From the NCBI GenBank assembly GCA_949372645.1, contig CASIAP010000001.1:17802-81801 (forward strand): DNA of 64,000 nt. The letters are read 5' to 3'. This document shows positions 30,574 to 39,902 of this stretch, piece after piece (positions within the stretch are counted from its first letter, which is position 1; each line of letters begins with the position of its first letter). The notes below the pieces were generated by a model. That model searched no databases, was not told where the DNA came from, and saw only the letters and a list, made by a program, of their open reading frames with translations. This stretch comes from Candidatus Poseidoniaceae archaeon. GTDB taxonomy: Archaea; Thermoplasmatota; Poseidoniia; Poseidoniales; Poseidoniaceae. A program made the position numbers and the translations under genes.

Positions 30574-30663
30574 GATGTGGCCTTTGGCAGTGAGCACATG
30601 AACTCGTCGCTTTGACAACCTCGAACGGACATGTTGAAGTATCGCCGATTTTGAAACGATTTC

Positions 30664-31044
30664 ATGGCCTCCGTGGAGATTCATGAACCCGAGTTTTCCG
30701 ACATCATCGATAACAATTCAATCGTGCTCCTTGACTTTTGGGCCGAGTGGTGTGGGCCATGCAAAGCCTACGGGCCGGTTTATGAACGGGTTTCAGAAGA
30801 ATTCCCAGATGTCGTCTTTGGAAAAATCGATACCGAAGCAGAACCTATGTTAGCCAAATCTTTCAATGTACGCTCGATTCCTACGACTGTTGCATTCAAA
30901 GATGGCATCGGTGTTTTCATGCAACCAGGTGCACTCCCTGAAGATGCACTTCGTGATTTGGTTGCGAAACTTACTGAATTGGATATGGATGAAGTTCGAG
31001 CCGAAATGGAAACTCAAAAAGCGGCTCAAGAAGAGAAAGAATGA
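30664..31044 (+). CDS. trxA: Thioredoxin
   Basis: LDFWAEWCGPC and VRSIPT motifs. Confidence 0.95.
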   Translation: MASVEIHEPEFSDIIDNNSIVLLDFWAEWCGPCKAYGPVYERVSEEFPDVVFGKIDTEAEPMLAKSFNVRSIPTTVAFKDGIGVFMQPGALPEDALRDLVAKLTELDMDEVRAEMETQKAAQEEKE

Positions 31045-31104
31045 ACTTCACCGTCTGACCAAACAGCCGGTGTGTTCAAAAAACACCTGCGCCCCCCTTG
31101 GTAC

Positions 31105-32913
31105 ATGAACTTCCGGCCTTGGCTCATTTTATTCGTCCTAATGGCGACCAGTTTATCGGGATGTTTCGGTGAGCAAACGGTAGATGAAGGCGGTGTGACT
31201 GCTCCTTATGACGTCTATCCGGAGCCTTGGGACCGCACTGAAATGCAATATGTAGAGTCGGATATTTATTCCCGAGTCACCGTCAATGGTAGTTACGGGA
31301 TTGATGCAGTTCAATCCATCTTTGTTTCAGTCCCCTCCATCACCGCTGCTGACGGCGGCTCTGGTGTTACCGGTGACGCTCAAGTCCATCTTGGATTATG
31401 GCTACCAGTGATTGAAGGATGTGATTGGACTTCTGCAAACCTTTCCGCTGAATGTCAAGTTCCAGTGATTGCAGAAGTTGGTCCGTATTACAACGATGGA
31501 GATGTCGACGCACTTACACCAGCAGACCGACTTGGTAAATTTTTGATTGAGAATTACGTTCCACACGGATACGGTGTTGCTCAAGTTTCAGTCTTTGGAA
31601 CCGGTGATTCAAACCACTGTATGGATTTGATGGGTACAGATGAGCAACGTGGTATCGATGCCGCTGTTACCTGGCTTGGTACTCAAGCATGGTCCAATGG
31701 CAATGTCGGAATGATTGGAAAATCGTACGACGGCTCAACTCCATGGCAAGCAGCTACTTTTGGTAACCCTCATCTGGCTACGATTGTCCCAATGTCGGGA
31801 TTGATTGGCGTGCATGAACTGATGTGGAGAAACGGAAGTATGGAAGCACGTGGCATGATTATGCATAACGGTGTCTATGGCTCCTTCGGAATCGATGGAG
31901 ATGCTGAAGATCCTGAAAATGTGTGTGAAGGATACCTCGAAGGCTACGTCAATGGACCTGCTGCCTATCTCTCTGGAGGAATGGTCGATTATGCAGGAAA
32001 TACATACTGGACTGAGCGTTCTTTCCTCGACCGTGTGGTCGAGAATTACAATGGCTCAGTGTACATTATTCAAGGTATGCAAGATTGGAATGTTGACCCG
32101 CACATGGCCTTCCCGACTCATCAAATTGTTGCGGATGCAGGAATTGAAACAAAGACGCTAGCAGGCCAATGGAATCACAATTATCCTGACCGTCAAGACC
32201 ACTCTGGCTTACCTGTCGGTGAAGGTGCTGAAGCATTCCCTTACACACAACGCTGGGATTGGGCTGACGAGATGCTGTATTGGTTCGATTGGTATCTCAA
32301 AGGCGAAGGCCGAGCACCAACCTTAGGTGTAGAGATGCAGGATAACCGTGGTGGCTGGAGGTTTGAAACAACCTATCCTGCTCTCGATACAGAATATCTC
32401 GCCATTCGTGGTGACGAAATGAGCCCAAGCGGTGCTTCATTGGGTGTGACCTCTTTCGATCCTATTGACCTCGTCTATGGGCCGTTTGATTACGATGTCT
32501 ACATTGCTGGAATGCCTACATTCCACATGGCAGTGACTCCGCATACTACCAACAGCGGTCATGCTTTCCTTGAGATGACCGATGAATCGGGAATGCATCT
32601 TGGACACGCAGTCATGGATTTCAGATTTGCAGACGGTGGTAGAGATGGTGACTTAGCCATAGTTCCGTTTTCCACAGTCATGGCTCAAATGGAATTCATG
32701 CCGATGGATATTTTCCTCGAAGCAGGTGAATCAATTTACATTACGCTTACGCAGACTGGTGATGATTACGTCCCTTCTCCGGCTGCTATCGGTGGTTATA
32801 CCATTAATTGGGCAGCCTCGACCATGACTCTACCTTTGGTGAACCGCACATGTGCTGATTTGTTTCAAGCACCAATGCATGACTATGGTATGGAATCAGG
32901 GCGTCTTTGCTGA
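31105..32913 (+). CDS. CocE/NonD family (Xaa-Pro dipeptidyl-peptidase S15-like) hydrolase lipoprotein
   Basis: Lipobox LSGC; [15 protein letters not shown] nucleophile elbow; QDWNV; GQWNH. Start ATG 31105. Confidence 0.88.
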   Translation: MNFRPWLILFVLMATSLSGCFGEQTVDEGGVTAPYDVYPEPWDRTEMQYVESDIYSRVTVNGSYGIDAVQSIFVSVPSITAADGGSGVTGDAQVHLGLWLPVIEGCDWTSANLSAECQVPVIAEVGPYYNDGDVDALTPADRLGKFLIENYVPHGYGVAQVSVFGTGDSNHCMDLMGTDEQRGIDAAVTWLGTQAWSNGNVGMIGKSYDGSTPWQAATFGNPHLATIVPMSGLIGVHELMWRNGSMEARGMIMHNGVYGSFGIDGDAEDPENVCEGYLEGYVNGPAAYLSGGMVDYAGNTYWTERSFLDRVVENYNGSVYIIQGMQDWNVDPHMAFPTHQIVADAGIETKTLAGQWNHNYPDRQDHSGLPVGEGAEAFPYTQRWDWADEMLYWFDWYLKGEGRAPTLGVEMQDNRGGWRFETTYPALDTEYLAIRGDEMSPSGASLGVTSFDPIDLVYGPFDYDVYIAGMPTFHMAVTPHTTNSGHAFLEMTDESGMHLGHAVMDFRFADGGRDGDLAIVPFSTVMAQMEFMPMDIFLEAGESIYITLTQTGDDYVPSPAAIGGYTINWAASTMTLPLVNRTCADLFQAPMHDYGMESGRLC

Positions 32914-34365
32914 TTCATCAAACATCATCAAAATATCACGGAACAGTGTTTGGGCATGACCCTCACTTCGCTCAACCAATCGTTTGACAATCAGTTCAGG
33001 TGTTGAACGGGCCAAATGATTTCTCTTTGGAGTTCGGTCTACCATTAACTCCAAGTTCGCATCGAGACCTGTTGCTTCAATCCCATCAACCCGTAGATCA
33101 TCTCGACCAGTGGCTTTGATAATGGCTGGTGCTAAATGGGTCACGAGCATCATGGTTGTATCATCTTGAGCTTCAGCAGCCAGTAACATTCCAGCAATTA
33201 TTCTGGCTCCCGCTCCCGGTTCCGTGATGGCTTCAAGCTCGTCAGCAAGAATCAATTTAGGTGTAGGGTCGCTTACGACGTTGGCTAATTCAACCAATGT
33301 TTGTTCCAATGCACCAGCACTCTGCGTACCACCTGCTTTTGCTAAGATGTGCAAAGCATCGACTTGGCCAACACGGGCGGAATCTGCAGGCACCGGTAAT
33401 CCCATGTGAGCAAGAATACATGTGTGGGCGAGTAACTCGAGAAGAGTTGTCTTTCCACCAGAATTAGCGCCGGTGAGAAGTGCCAGTGATTGTTGGTCTT
33501 CTGTGTCTCCAGCATACCCAAGTCCGTAGGTGACCGGATCGGGTTGGCATCCCAAAAGCAGATGCCGGCCTTGTTCAATATAGATTCCATGTTCAACTAA
33601 ATCGGGCATGACACATTGCCGATCGATTGCCCACTGTGCAATACAGACCCACTGGTCAAAACCGATGAGTGAACGAACCGCTTCTTCACACCGTTCACGT
33701 AGTGGACCTAACTTCTTTGCCAAAATGAGCATGTGTTCAATTTCACCCGTCTTAAGTTTGGTTTCCAATGCATTATCGATTTCATCAAGAGTTTTCCGAT
33801 TGATTTTGGCTGGCCATTGTGATGAGAATATGTCGTAAGGACATCGAACACCCGTGCCTTCAAGCATCTGGACCAAGGTCTGTTTTGCTTTTTCCATCGC
33901 TTCTGTGATGACGTCCTTTGTGGCTTCTTGTAATTTCCGTTGGAAGGCGGCACCGTCTGAAAGTGCTTCAAGTAATTCAGCACCGCTAAGGTCCATTTTG
34001 GCATCATCCATCGCTTGTGCAACTTCCGAATTGACTTGCTCTTCCAGGGACTTCGCTGTTTTCCAAAGCCGATCTTTGACATCGGCCATAATGTCCAAAT
34101 CTCCTTGGTCATCAATACTCATGAGTATCTCGGGTAAATGTTCAAAACCTACGATGAGGTCATTCAATTCATTGATGAATGGATGTTTATCAGTTGTTTT
34201 CCTGCTCATTTGCACGAGGTCGGCGAGTACCGTAAGCGTTCGTATGTTATGTCGAAACCAGTCAATTGTTCGTTCAGGGAGAATTAATTCCGAATTGTTG
34301 GCATTTGGTAGTATCACCCATCCATCTGGAGTATCTGCAGGTGCTCCAGAACCAATCCATGTCAC
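32896..34365 (-). CDS. MutS-family ATPase, C-terminal part (MutS domain V)
   Basis: [39 protein letters not shown]. Continues 34362..34907 through two +1 shifts. Confidence 0.85.
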   Translation of the reverse strand: MTWIGSGAPADTPDGWVILPNANNSELILPERTIDWFRHNIRTLTVLADLVQMSRKTTDKHPFINELNDLIVGFEHLPEILMSIDDQGDLDIMADVKDRLWKTAKSLEEQVNSEVAQAMDDAKMDLSGAELLEALSDGAAFQRKLQEATKDVITEAMEKAKQTLVQMLEGTGVRCPYDIFSSQWPAKINRKTLDEIDNALETKLKTGEIEHMLILAKKLGPLRERCEEAVRSLIGFDQWVCIAQWAIDRQCVMPDLVEHGIYIEQGRHLLLGCQPDPVTYGLGYAGDTEDQQSLALLTGANSGGKTTLLELLAHTCILAHMGLPVPADSARVGQVDALHILAKAGGTQSAGALEQTLVELANVVSDPTPKLILADELEAITEPGAGARIIAGMLLAAEAQDDTTMMLVTHLAPAIIKATGRDDLRVDGIEATGLDANLELMVDRTPKRNHLARSTPELIVKRLVERSEGHAQTLFRDILMMFDESAKTP

Positions 34366-34907
34366 TCGATTTGAATACCGTATAGTCCTTCCAAGTTTCT
34401 CCTTCTCCAGGTTGCAATACCCTGCACCACTTTCTTGAAAGTTTCAAGCGGCTCTTTGCAGACGACCACTCGCTCATATCGTTCGCTGTTGAAACGAGTT
34501 TGCCGAAGGTTATGGAACAGTTTACTGAGAGTATTCATGTTTTCAGCATTTTTATGTGCATAATTCATGGCATGACTTACTTTCAGTCTACGTTCGGCTG
34601 GATTTTCAATGGGCATCAATAATTGCATTCGTTCACGTGTTGCAGCACATGAGGCAAAGGACACAATATCTTGCAGTAAAGAGCGATGCAAGCGTTCAGC
34701 CTCTTTGGTCGCTAAGAACGAGCCTGATTGACCGGCAACCATTCGAGCAAGCGTCAAAGCTCGCTTTGGCGACACGCCATCGATTTCGGCAATACGGGCA
34801 ATGTCACCTGATTTTAGCGAAGCAATTGCTTCACTTTCTCCCCCAAAGTGGTCGGTTATTTTTTGTGCAAGTCGTTCGCCAACTCCGGGTAGTGTACTCA
34901 GAACCAT
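34362..34907 (-). CDS. MutS-family protein, N-terminal HhH part (frameshifted; full gene ~32896..34907)
   Basis: HhH motifs LPGVGERLA and IDGVSPKRA. An intermediate frame (WCRVLQPGEGETWKDYTVFK) bridges to the downstream ORF. Confidence 0.72.
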   Translation of the reverse strand: MVLSTLPGVGERLAQKITDHFGGESEAIASLKSGDIARIAEIDGVSPKRALTLARMVAGQSGSFLATKEAERLHRSLLQDIVSFASCAATRERMQLLMPIENPAERRLKVSHAMNYAHKNAENMNTLSKLFHNLRQTRFNSERYERVVVCKEPLETFKKVVQGIATWRRRNLEGLYGIQIE

Positions 34908-34987
34908 ACTCGACATCGTTTGTCAAAGGCTTTTGAGGATATTGCTCAAACACCCACCTTGAGGGGTTTAACTGGACAGATACGCCT

Positions 34988-36391
34988 TCACGAATCGTTC
35001 GGCAATTCGAGTTCAACAGCAAACAACGGGTCAGGGTCGGTTGAATCGTGGTAAGCAACGACAACTCCACCATCATTGAGGATGGCGAGTGAAGCGAAAT
35101 CAAATCGGATATCATTTCCAGCACCGGAGGTTGAATCCAAGTCACCTTGGCCGATGTAGGTCAACGTATCAGGTGACATATCTTCCGAATATCCACGCAC
35201 ATGGTAGACCATGTCGACATCAGGACCGTCAGTGCTTTGATAGCGGATATTGAGAATAAAGAGGTCTAAATCACCATTGGCCTGAAATTCCCATTCTTCG
35301 ATGGAAGAAGAAACTGAGCTCATATCGTAGGTGTGGTTTTGCCATGTCATGGCTCCGTCAATCGACATGTAATGGGTAAAGGTCGTTCCAGAATTCTCAA
35401 CACAATGAAGCGTTCCTGCAGAATCAAAGTGACAATATTCGGAAGGGAATTGAACTTCAAGTTCATTCCACGATAAGGTGGTGTCCATGTAAGCTGCATT
35501 TCCATTTGTGTAGTAACTTGGGAAGATGAGTCCACCTGTTGGCATAGGGAAGGCTCGCATTTCCTTGTGTGGTTTGTTGACATCGTAATAGGAGGTGAGG
35601 CCATCTTCAGTGAAATTAAGGTCGAGTTCGATGATTGGATCATTTGAATCTCTCGCAGTAAATTGGAATGGATAATAATTCAATCCATCAACACTAATTT
35701 GGCCACCTGCATCGAGACTTTGATGCCAAAAGTTGGAGACAACAATGCTTGCCCAATCACCACTTCCAATTGAAGATGAAATCGGACCAACCACTTCAAC
35801 TTGCCATGAGCGGTCGTAGAAGGGTTCAGTCAATCGATTGTAACACCATTTCCACTCGTCTTCAGATTCATCATACAAGATGGCATAGAATTTGTCAATT
35901 TTCCCATCGGCTCCAACATATGGGAACCAGGACATGGAGATGATATCTCCATTTGTGGCTTGAACAATACTGCCTTCTCCAAGACCTTCTTGACCAGAAT
36001 TGGTTGGAATTGCAGTTACGCATTGACCAAGAGCTGGAAGGAATCCTGGGACATAGGTGTCCCAAGCATGGCCTCTGTCTTCGCTAAAGACTGGATATTC
36101 TCCACCAATGTTGAGGATATGTCCTTCAATGGTTGTAGCAAGATAATGTTCACAACAGTTTCCGCCTTTACTTGCATCAAAGACTGCCCAACTGGTATTG
36201 GTCGATTGATTGGTTCGTAAATCAACGGTCATAAACATTCGAGCATCTTCATGTTGAATTTGGTCGACCATTTCGTACGAGTCCCAAAGAGATACCATCT
36301 CTTCTTTCTCGACGAGGTCTTCTCCACCGCCAAAACAGCCTGCCAATACAGTGGAGGCTACCAACAGTATGGACAATGCGATGCGTTGCAT
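34988..36391 (-). CDS. Uncharacterised lipoprotein, probably a beta-propeller (BNR/sialidase-like)
   Basis: Lipobox LAGC; Asp-box-like SEDRGHAW and SIDGAMTW; acidic and beta-rich. Confidence 0.7.
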   Translation of the reverse strand: MQRIALSILLVASTVLAGCFGGGEDLVEKEEMVSLWDSYEMVDQIQHEDARMFMTVDLRTNQSTNTSWAVFDASKGGNCCEHYLATTIEGHILNIGGEYPVFSEDRGHAWDTYVPGFLPALGQCVTAIPTNSGQEGLGEGSIVQATNGDIISMSWFPYVGADGKIDKFYAILYDESEDEWKWCYNRLTEPFYDRSWQVEVVGPISSSIGSGDWASIVVSNFWHQSLDAGGQISVDGLNYYPFQFTARDSNDPIIELDLNFTEDGLTSYYDVNKPHKEMRAFPMPTGGLIFPSYYTNGNAAYMDTTLSWNELEVQFPSEYCHFDSAGTLHCVENSGTTFTHYMSIDGAMTWQNHTYDMSSVSSSIEEWEFQANGDLDLFILNIRYQSTDGPDVDMVYHVRGYSEDMSPDTLTYIGQGDLDSTSGAGNDIRFDFASLAILNDGGVVVAYHDSTDPDPLFAVELELPNDS

Positions 36392-36452
36392 GAAACTGCG
36401 TAGCGTCTCATCTCTTTGAAGGCGTCGCTAGGACAAGATGCCGGTAAATGGC

Positions 36453-39400
36453 CTATTTGACGGTAAACCAAACAGAAGTCCCGTCGACTTCAAAAGTTTC
36501 AGCATCGGCTGAATGAGTTTCAGAATCCGAATGGAATACAGCTGCAGCAGCACGTGTTTCGGATACGATCCATTCACGGTCTTGCTCGAACATTTCAGGT
36601 GCATTCTTGCTCCAAATTTCCAAATCAATGGTTGCTTCAATGGCGAGGTTGAGGTTCTTTCGCATAGCTTGAATACGTCGAGTAATGTCTCGAGCCAATC
36701 CTTTGGAAAGCAGTGCAGGTGTATCGTTCATGTCAAGGACGAGGCCGATCTGTTGTGCCTCATCTCCTTGACCAATGGTAACCGTTGAGGCAGCAAAGCC
36801 TTCTCGCTCAACACGTCTAACTTCGACATCGGTCTCTTCGATTTTAACGCCTAATACTTCACAAGTTCCGGCCTGAATTGAGGCAAACATTGCCGTAGGG
36901 TCAGCAGCATTCTTGATTTCATTTGCTACGGCATTGACTTCACTGCGTGCTTTGGGCGCAAGTGCACGGAAATTAGGAGCGAGTTCGATTTGTTGGAATC
37001 GGTCAAGGTCAGTTTCAACAGCAATCATTTCCACATTCAATTCCTCAGCAAGAATATCGTGAAATTCTTCCATATCGGTCCCTGATACAATCCATCCTTG
37101 AGAACAAGGCAAGCGTTGTCTTCGTCCTGCCTCGACTCGAATACGTCGACCGACTTCAGCAAGTTCTCGAACCAAGGCCATGGTCGCTTCAAGGGTCATG
37201 TCTTGAGGCGGGAGGTTCTCAGTTTCAGCAGCATCATCTTCATCCCAATGGTCTGCAGTTGCCCCTTCAAGTGAACCTGGGACGCCAAGTGGCCAAGCTG
37301 CTTGATGAACCGTTTCTCCAGTGAGGTTTCGATGAATCGTATCGACCATGAAAGGACTTACAGGTGCAATAAGACGGCACACGGTTGTCAAGATTTCATG
37401 CAAAGTGTGTTGACATGCCACTTTGTCCATAGTTTCAGCATCATCCCAAAGTCGACGTCTGCTGCGGCGGACATACCAATTGGAGACATCGTTGACGATG
37501 AAGTCTTCGAGGTCACGGCAAGCCTTGTGGAAATTCCAGCTTTTGAAATCGGCATGATAGTTCCGAGCAGTTGTGGCCAATCGAGATAAGATCCATCGGT
37601 CAAGTGACGGGCGAGAACTTACTTCAGATGAGGAGAGTTCAGGGTCGAAACCATCGATAGCAGCATAATCTGCATGGAACTTGTAAATATTCCAAAGGGT
37701 CAAGAACATCTTTGCATAGGTTTCACGAACGCCATTCGAATCAAACTTGAGTGGATTCCATGGTGCACCTGCAGTGACCATGTACCAGCGTGTAGCATCG
37801 GCTCCTTCTCGATTAAAGTGGTCCCAAGGGTCGACGATGTTTCCTTTTGACTTGGACATTTTCTTTCCTTCTGCATCTAAAATAAGTCCAAGACTCAAAC
37901 AACGCTTGTAAGCGGGTTTGTCAAAGACCGCTGTTGAAACAGCAAGAAGCGTGTAGAACCATCCACGGGTTTGGTCAACACCTTCACAGATATAGTCGAC
38001 AGGGAAAGAGGCATCGAATGTTTCGTTTTCTTCAAATGGATAATGCCATTGAGCGAAAGGAGCACAACCCGAGTCAAACCAACAATCCATGACAAAGGGT
38101 TCTCTGTGCATTGGTTTTCCATCATCTGAAAGGAGTGTATAGCCATCGACCACTGGTCGGTGAAGATCAACGTCATCAGGGCATTCTGGATTTTCAATAC
38201 CAGCAGCAACAGCCTTCGCTATTTCTGCTTGAAGTTCAGCAATTGAACCGATACATTTCATGTTCCCTTCATCGTCTCGCCAGACCGGAAGTGGAGTTCC
38301 CCAATACCGTTCACGTGAAATCGCCCAATCTTTGACATTACGCAACCATTCTCCAAATCGACCTTCTCCGACCCAATCAGGTGCCCATTCAACTTCACTG
38401 TTGAATTCAAGGAGACGTTCTTTGACAGCAGTCATTCGAACAAACCATGAATCCATGGCGTAGTAGAGCAATGGATGGTCGGTTCTCCAACAATGTGGAT
38501 AGTCGTGCAAATACGCTTTCTCTCGGTAAAGCAAACCGCTTTCAGGTCCTTTGCCGTTACTTCCGCCAGAAGCTGAAAGAAGTTCAATGACCGTTTGGTC
38601 ACAATCTTTGACGTAGCGTCCATCGAGTTCAGGGTGCGTACCGGTGAGGAAAGCCCCGTCCATCCCGACTGTGTGATGTGCAGGGAGTCCTGCAGCCATA
38701 CCGAGATTGTAATCGTCTTCACCATACATGACAGCAGTGTGTACGACACCAGTTCCGTCGGTTGTCGTGACCCAGTCCGCTTCAAGAACGGTCCAAGCAG
38801 TGGTTGAATCGCCACGAGGTACAGCCTCTGGGAACAGCGGCTCATACGCTTTTCCAACCAATGAGGAACCAGGGAATTCTTCGAGGACTTCGACATTATG
38901 TCGGAGAACTTCTTTCATCAGTTCTTTTGCCAAAATGATTTCTTCTCCAACAGAAGCACCACCAGCTCCAATCCAATTCTCTGCTTGTTCAGTTACCCGT
39001 GCACGAACATAAGTGACTTCAGGTCCAACAGCTAATCCAACGTTACCAGGGAGTGTCCATGGTGTTGTTGTCCATGCGAGGATACTTGCAGCATCATCGA
39101 TGAGTTTGAATTTTACATAGACGGACGGTTCTTCAACTTCTTTGTATCCAAGAGCAACTTCATGGCTTGAATAGGAGGTTCCAGTTTGAGGGCAGTAAGG
39201 AAGAACTTTGTAGCCTCGGTACAACAAACCTTTGTCGAACATTTGCTTCATTGCCCACCAGCACGATTCAACATAATTATTGTCAAGCGTGACGTAGGGG
39301 TTGTCCAAATCGACCCAATAGGCCATTCGTTCGGTCATTTCTCTCCAAGCAGATTCATAGGTCCATACCGAATCTCGGCAGGCTTGATTGAAATTATCCA

Positions 39401-39740
39401 TTCCAAATTCATGAATCGCTTCATTTGACTTCAAATCCATTTTCTTTTGAACTTCGATTTCAACAGGTAAGCCATGCGTATCCCATCCTCCTTTTCGTTC
39501 AACACGGAAGCCTTCCATCGTCTTCCATCGGCAAACAAGATCTTTGTAGGCACGAGCAACAACGTGGTGGATTCCAGGCTTTCCATTGGCCGTTGGTGGC
39601 CCTTCAAGGAAGATAAACGGCGCCCCATTTCGATTTGATTCAATGGATTGTTGGAATGCATTTTCCTTTTTCCATGCTTCTAACAAGGCAGTCTCGAGTG
39701 CAACAGCATCGAATTCACCAGCAGACTTTGGGCGTGCCAT
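36453..39740 (-). CDS. ileS: Isoleucine--tRNA ligase (type 2)
   Basis: EGPPTANGKPGIHH, GWDTHGLP, WTTTPWTLPGN, DWAISRERYWG, EGVDQTRGWF, KMSKS. Start 39740 chosen from promoter spacing (39746 is the alternative). Confidence 0.97.
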   Translation of the reverse strand: MARPKSAGEFDAVALETALLEAWKKENAFQQSIESNRNGAPFIFLEGPPTANGKPGIHHVVARAYKDLVCRWKTMEGFRVERKGGWDTHGLPVEIEVQKKMDLKSNEAIHEFGMDNFNQACRDSVWTYESAWREMTERMAYWVDLDNPYVTLDNNYVESCWWAMKQMFDKGLLYRGYKVLPYCPQTGTSYSSHEVALGYKEVEEPSVYVKFKLIDDAASILAWTTTPWTLPGNVGLAVGPEVTYVRARVTEQAENWIGAGGASVGEEIILAKELMKEVLRHNVEVLEEFPGSSLVGKAYEPLFPEAVPRGDSTTAWTVLEADWVTTTDGTGVVHTAVMYGEDDYNLGMAAGLPAHHTVGMDGAFLTGTHPELDGRYVKDCDQTVIELLSASGGSNGKGPESGLLYREKAYLHDYPHCWRTDHPLLYYAMDSWFVRMTAVKERLLEFNSEVEWAPDWVGEGRFGEWLRNVKDWAISRERYWGTPLPVWRDDEGNMKCIGSIAELQAEIAKAVAAGIENPECPDDVDLHRPVVDGYTLLSDDGKPMHREPFVMDCWFDSGCAPFAQWHYPFEENETFDASFPVDYICEGVDQTRGWFYTLLAVSTAVFDKPAYKRCLSLGLILDAEGKKMSKSKGNIVDPWDHFNREGADATRWYMVTAGAPWNPLKFDSNGVRETYAKMFLTLWNIYKFHADYAAIDGFDPELSSSEVSSRPSLDRWILSRLATTARNYHADFKSWNFHKACRDLEDFIVNDVSNWYVRRSRRRLWDDAETMDKVACQHTLHEILTTVCRLIAPVSPFMVDTIHRNLTGETVHQAAWPLGVPGSLEGATADHWDEDDAAETENLPPQDMTLEATMALVRELAEVGRRIRVEAGRRQRLPCSQGWIVSGTDMEEFHDILAEELNVEMIAVETDLDRFQQIELAPNFRALAPKARSEVNAVANEIKNAADPTAMFASIQAGTCEVLGVKIEETDVEVRRVEREGFAASTVTIGQGDEAQQIGLVLDMNDTPALLSKGLARDITRRIQAMRKNLNLAIEATIDLEIWSKNAPEMFEQDREWIVSETRAAAAVFHSDSETHSADAETFEVDGTSVWFTVK

Positions 39741-39902
39741 AGCCATGCGAGACGCGTTTTTGTCTTGAACCTCACCCCTGTTCAATCAAGTAAAAATGAA
39801 CATTGCGGTCGTTTGGGAATCAAACGGAAGAACCTTTGACAATCAAAGAACTTGAAAATGGTTCGGGGTATGTTTGAAGTCCTTTAACCGATAGGGGAGA
39901 GT

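Noticed and set aside
30574-30684. N-terminal extension of the amidohydrolase ORF
   Set aside because: It overlaps trxA and the divergent promoter region; the signal peptide begins at ATG 30573.
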